Positions 53,635 to 53,852 of a DNA stretch of 53,852 bases are shown in pieces. Position numbers and translations under genes: made by a program. The notes below the pieces were generated by a model, which saw nothing but the letters and a program-made list of their open reading frames with translations, had not been told where the DNA came from and made no database searches. The stretch's first letter is position 1; every line of letters starts with the position of its first letter. Source of the stretch: a virus (lineage: Duplodnaviria; Caudoviricetes); the IMG/VR virus record IMGVR_UViG_3300001679_000055, positions 1 to 53,852 of that record; one strand, written 5' to 3'.

Positions 53635-53852
53635 TTAAGCAGCTTTAGTCCAAATGATACCTAAACGTTCAGGGCGTAATGCCATGAAGCCGTAGTACCA
53701 TTTGATAGAGTAGAAACCTTTCTCGCCGTAAGGGTCGTTAAGGTCTGCAATCTCTTTACCAGGCTTCTTGTGAGTAGTAGTGAACTTCACAGTCTTACCA
53801 TCAGTTTGGAAACCAATAGTAGTAAATGAGCCATCACCTACAACAAGCATAG
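53635..53852 (-). CDS. Major capsid protein, C-terminal part (N4 gp56-like), truncated by window end
   Basis: [14 protein letters not shown]....KKPG...AD..DPYGE.GF.SIKWYYG....RPER, the typical N4-like MCP C-terminus. Confidence 0.9.
   Translation of the reverse strand, partial: MLVVGDGSFTTIGFQTDGKTVKFTTTHKKPGKEIADLNDPYGEKGFYSIKWYYGFMALRPERLGIIWTKAA

Noticed and set aside
1-53852. CRISPR array, integrase, diversity-generating retroelement, intron/intein or stop-codon recoding
   Set aside because: No regularly spaced repeats, recombinase or reverse transcriptase motifs were seen. Core genes are uninterrupted under the standard code, and all three stop codons terminate genes.

Overview
This window is most of the genome of a lytic N4-like podovirus (Schitoviridae), AT-rich and probably marine. 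The call rests on a 3803-aa cysteine-free virion RNA polymerase, N4-type terminase, DNA polymerase, primase, SSB and major capsid genes, and N4 gene order. The contig appears to run through the joined physical genome ends at about 13.05-13.5 kb. Late tail, adaptor and terminase genes (minus strand, 1-13041) diverge from early and middle genes (plus strand, 13546-36201). These converge on the late block of vRNAP, ejection and capsid genes (minus strand, 36203-53852). The most notable observations concern the transcription machinery. (1) The normally split N4 RNAP II (gp15+gp16) is a single compact 593-aa polypeptide. (2) Two distinct hairpin families with covarying stems are candidate promoters: a 4-nt-loop family with a CAGGCA box at the left end, and a C-TCC-G triloop family at the heads of middle operons. 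(3) The vRNAP appears to carry an N-terminal thermonuclease-like domain and an extra HExxH insert. (4) There are several unexplained structured non-coding segments, one a cloverleaf ending in ACCA. There is also one tRNA(CAU), probably Ile2, two pairs of small paralogs, and no recognisable nucleotide-metabolism or rII genes. All family assignments are by eye from motifs and synteny; no database searches or folding programs were run.
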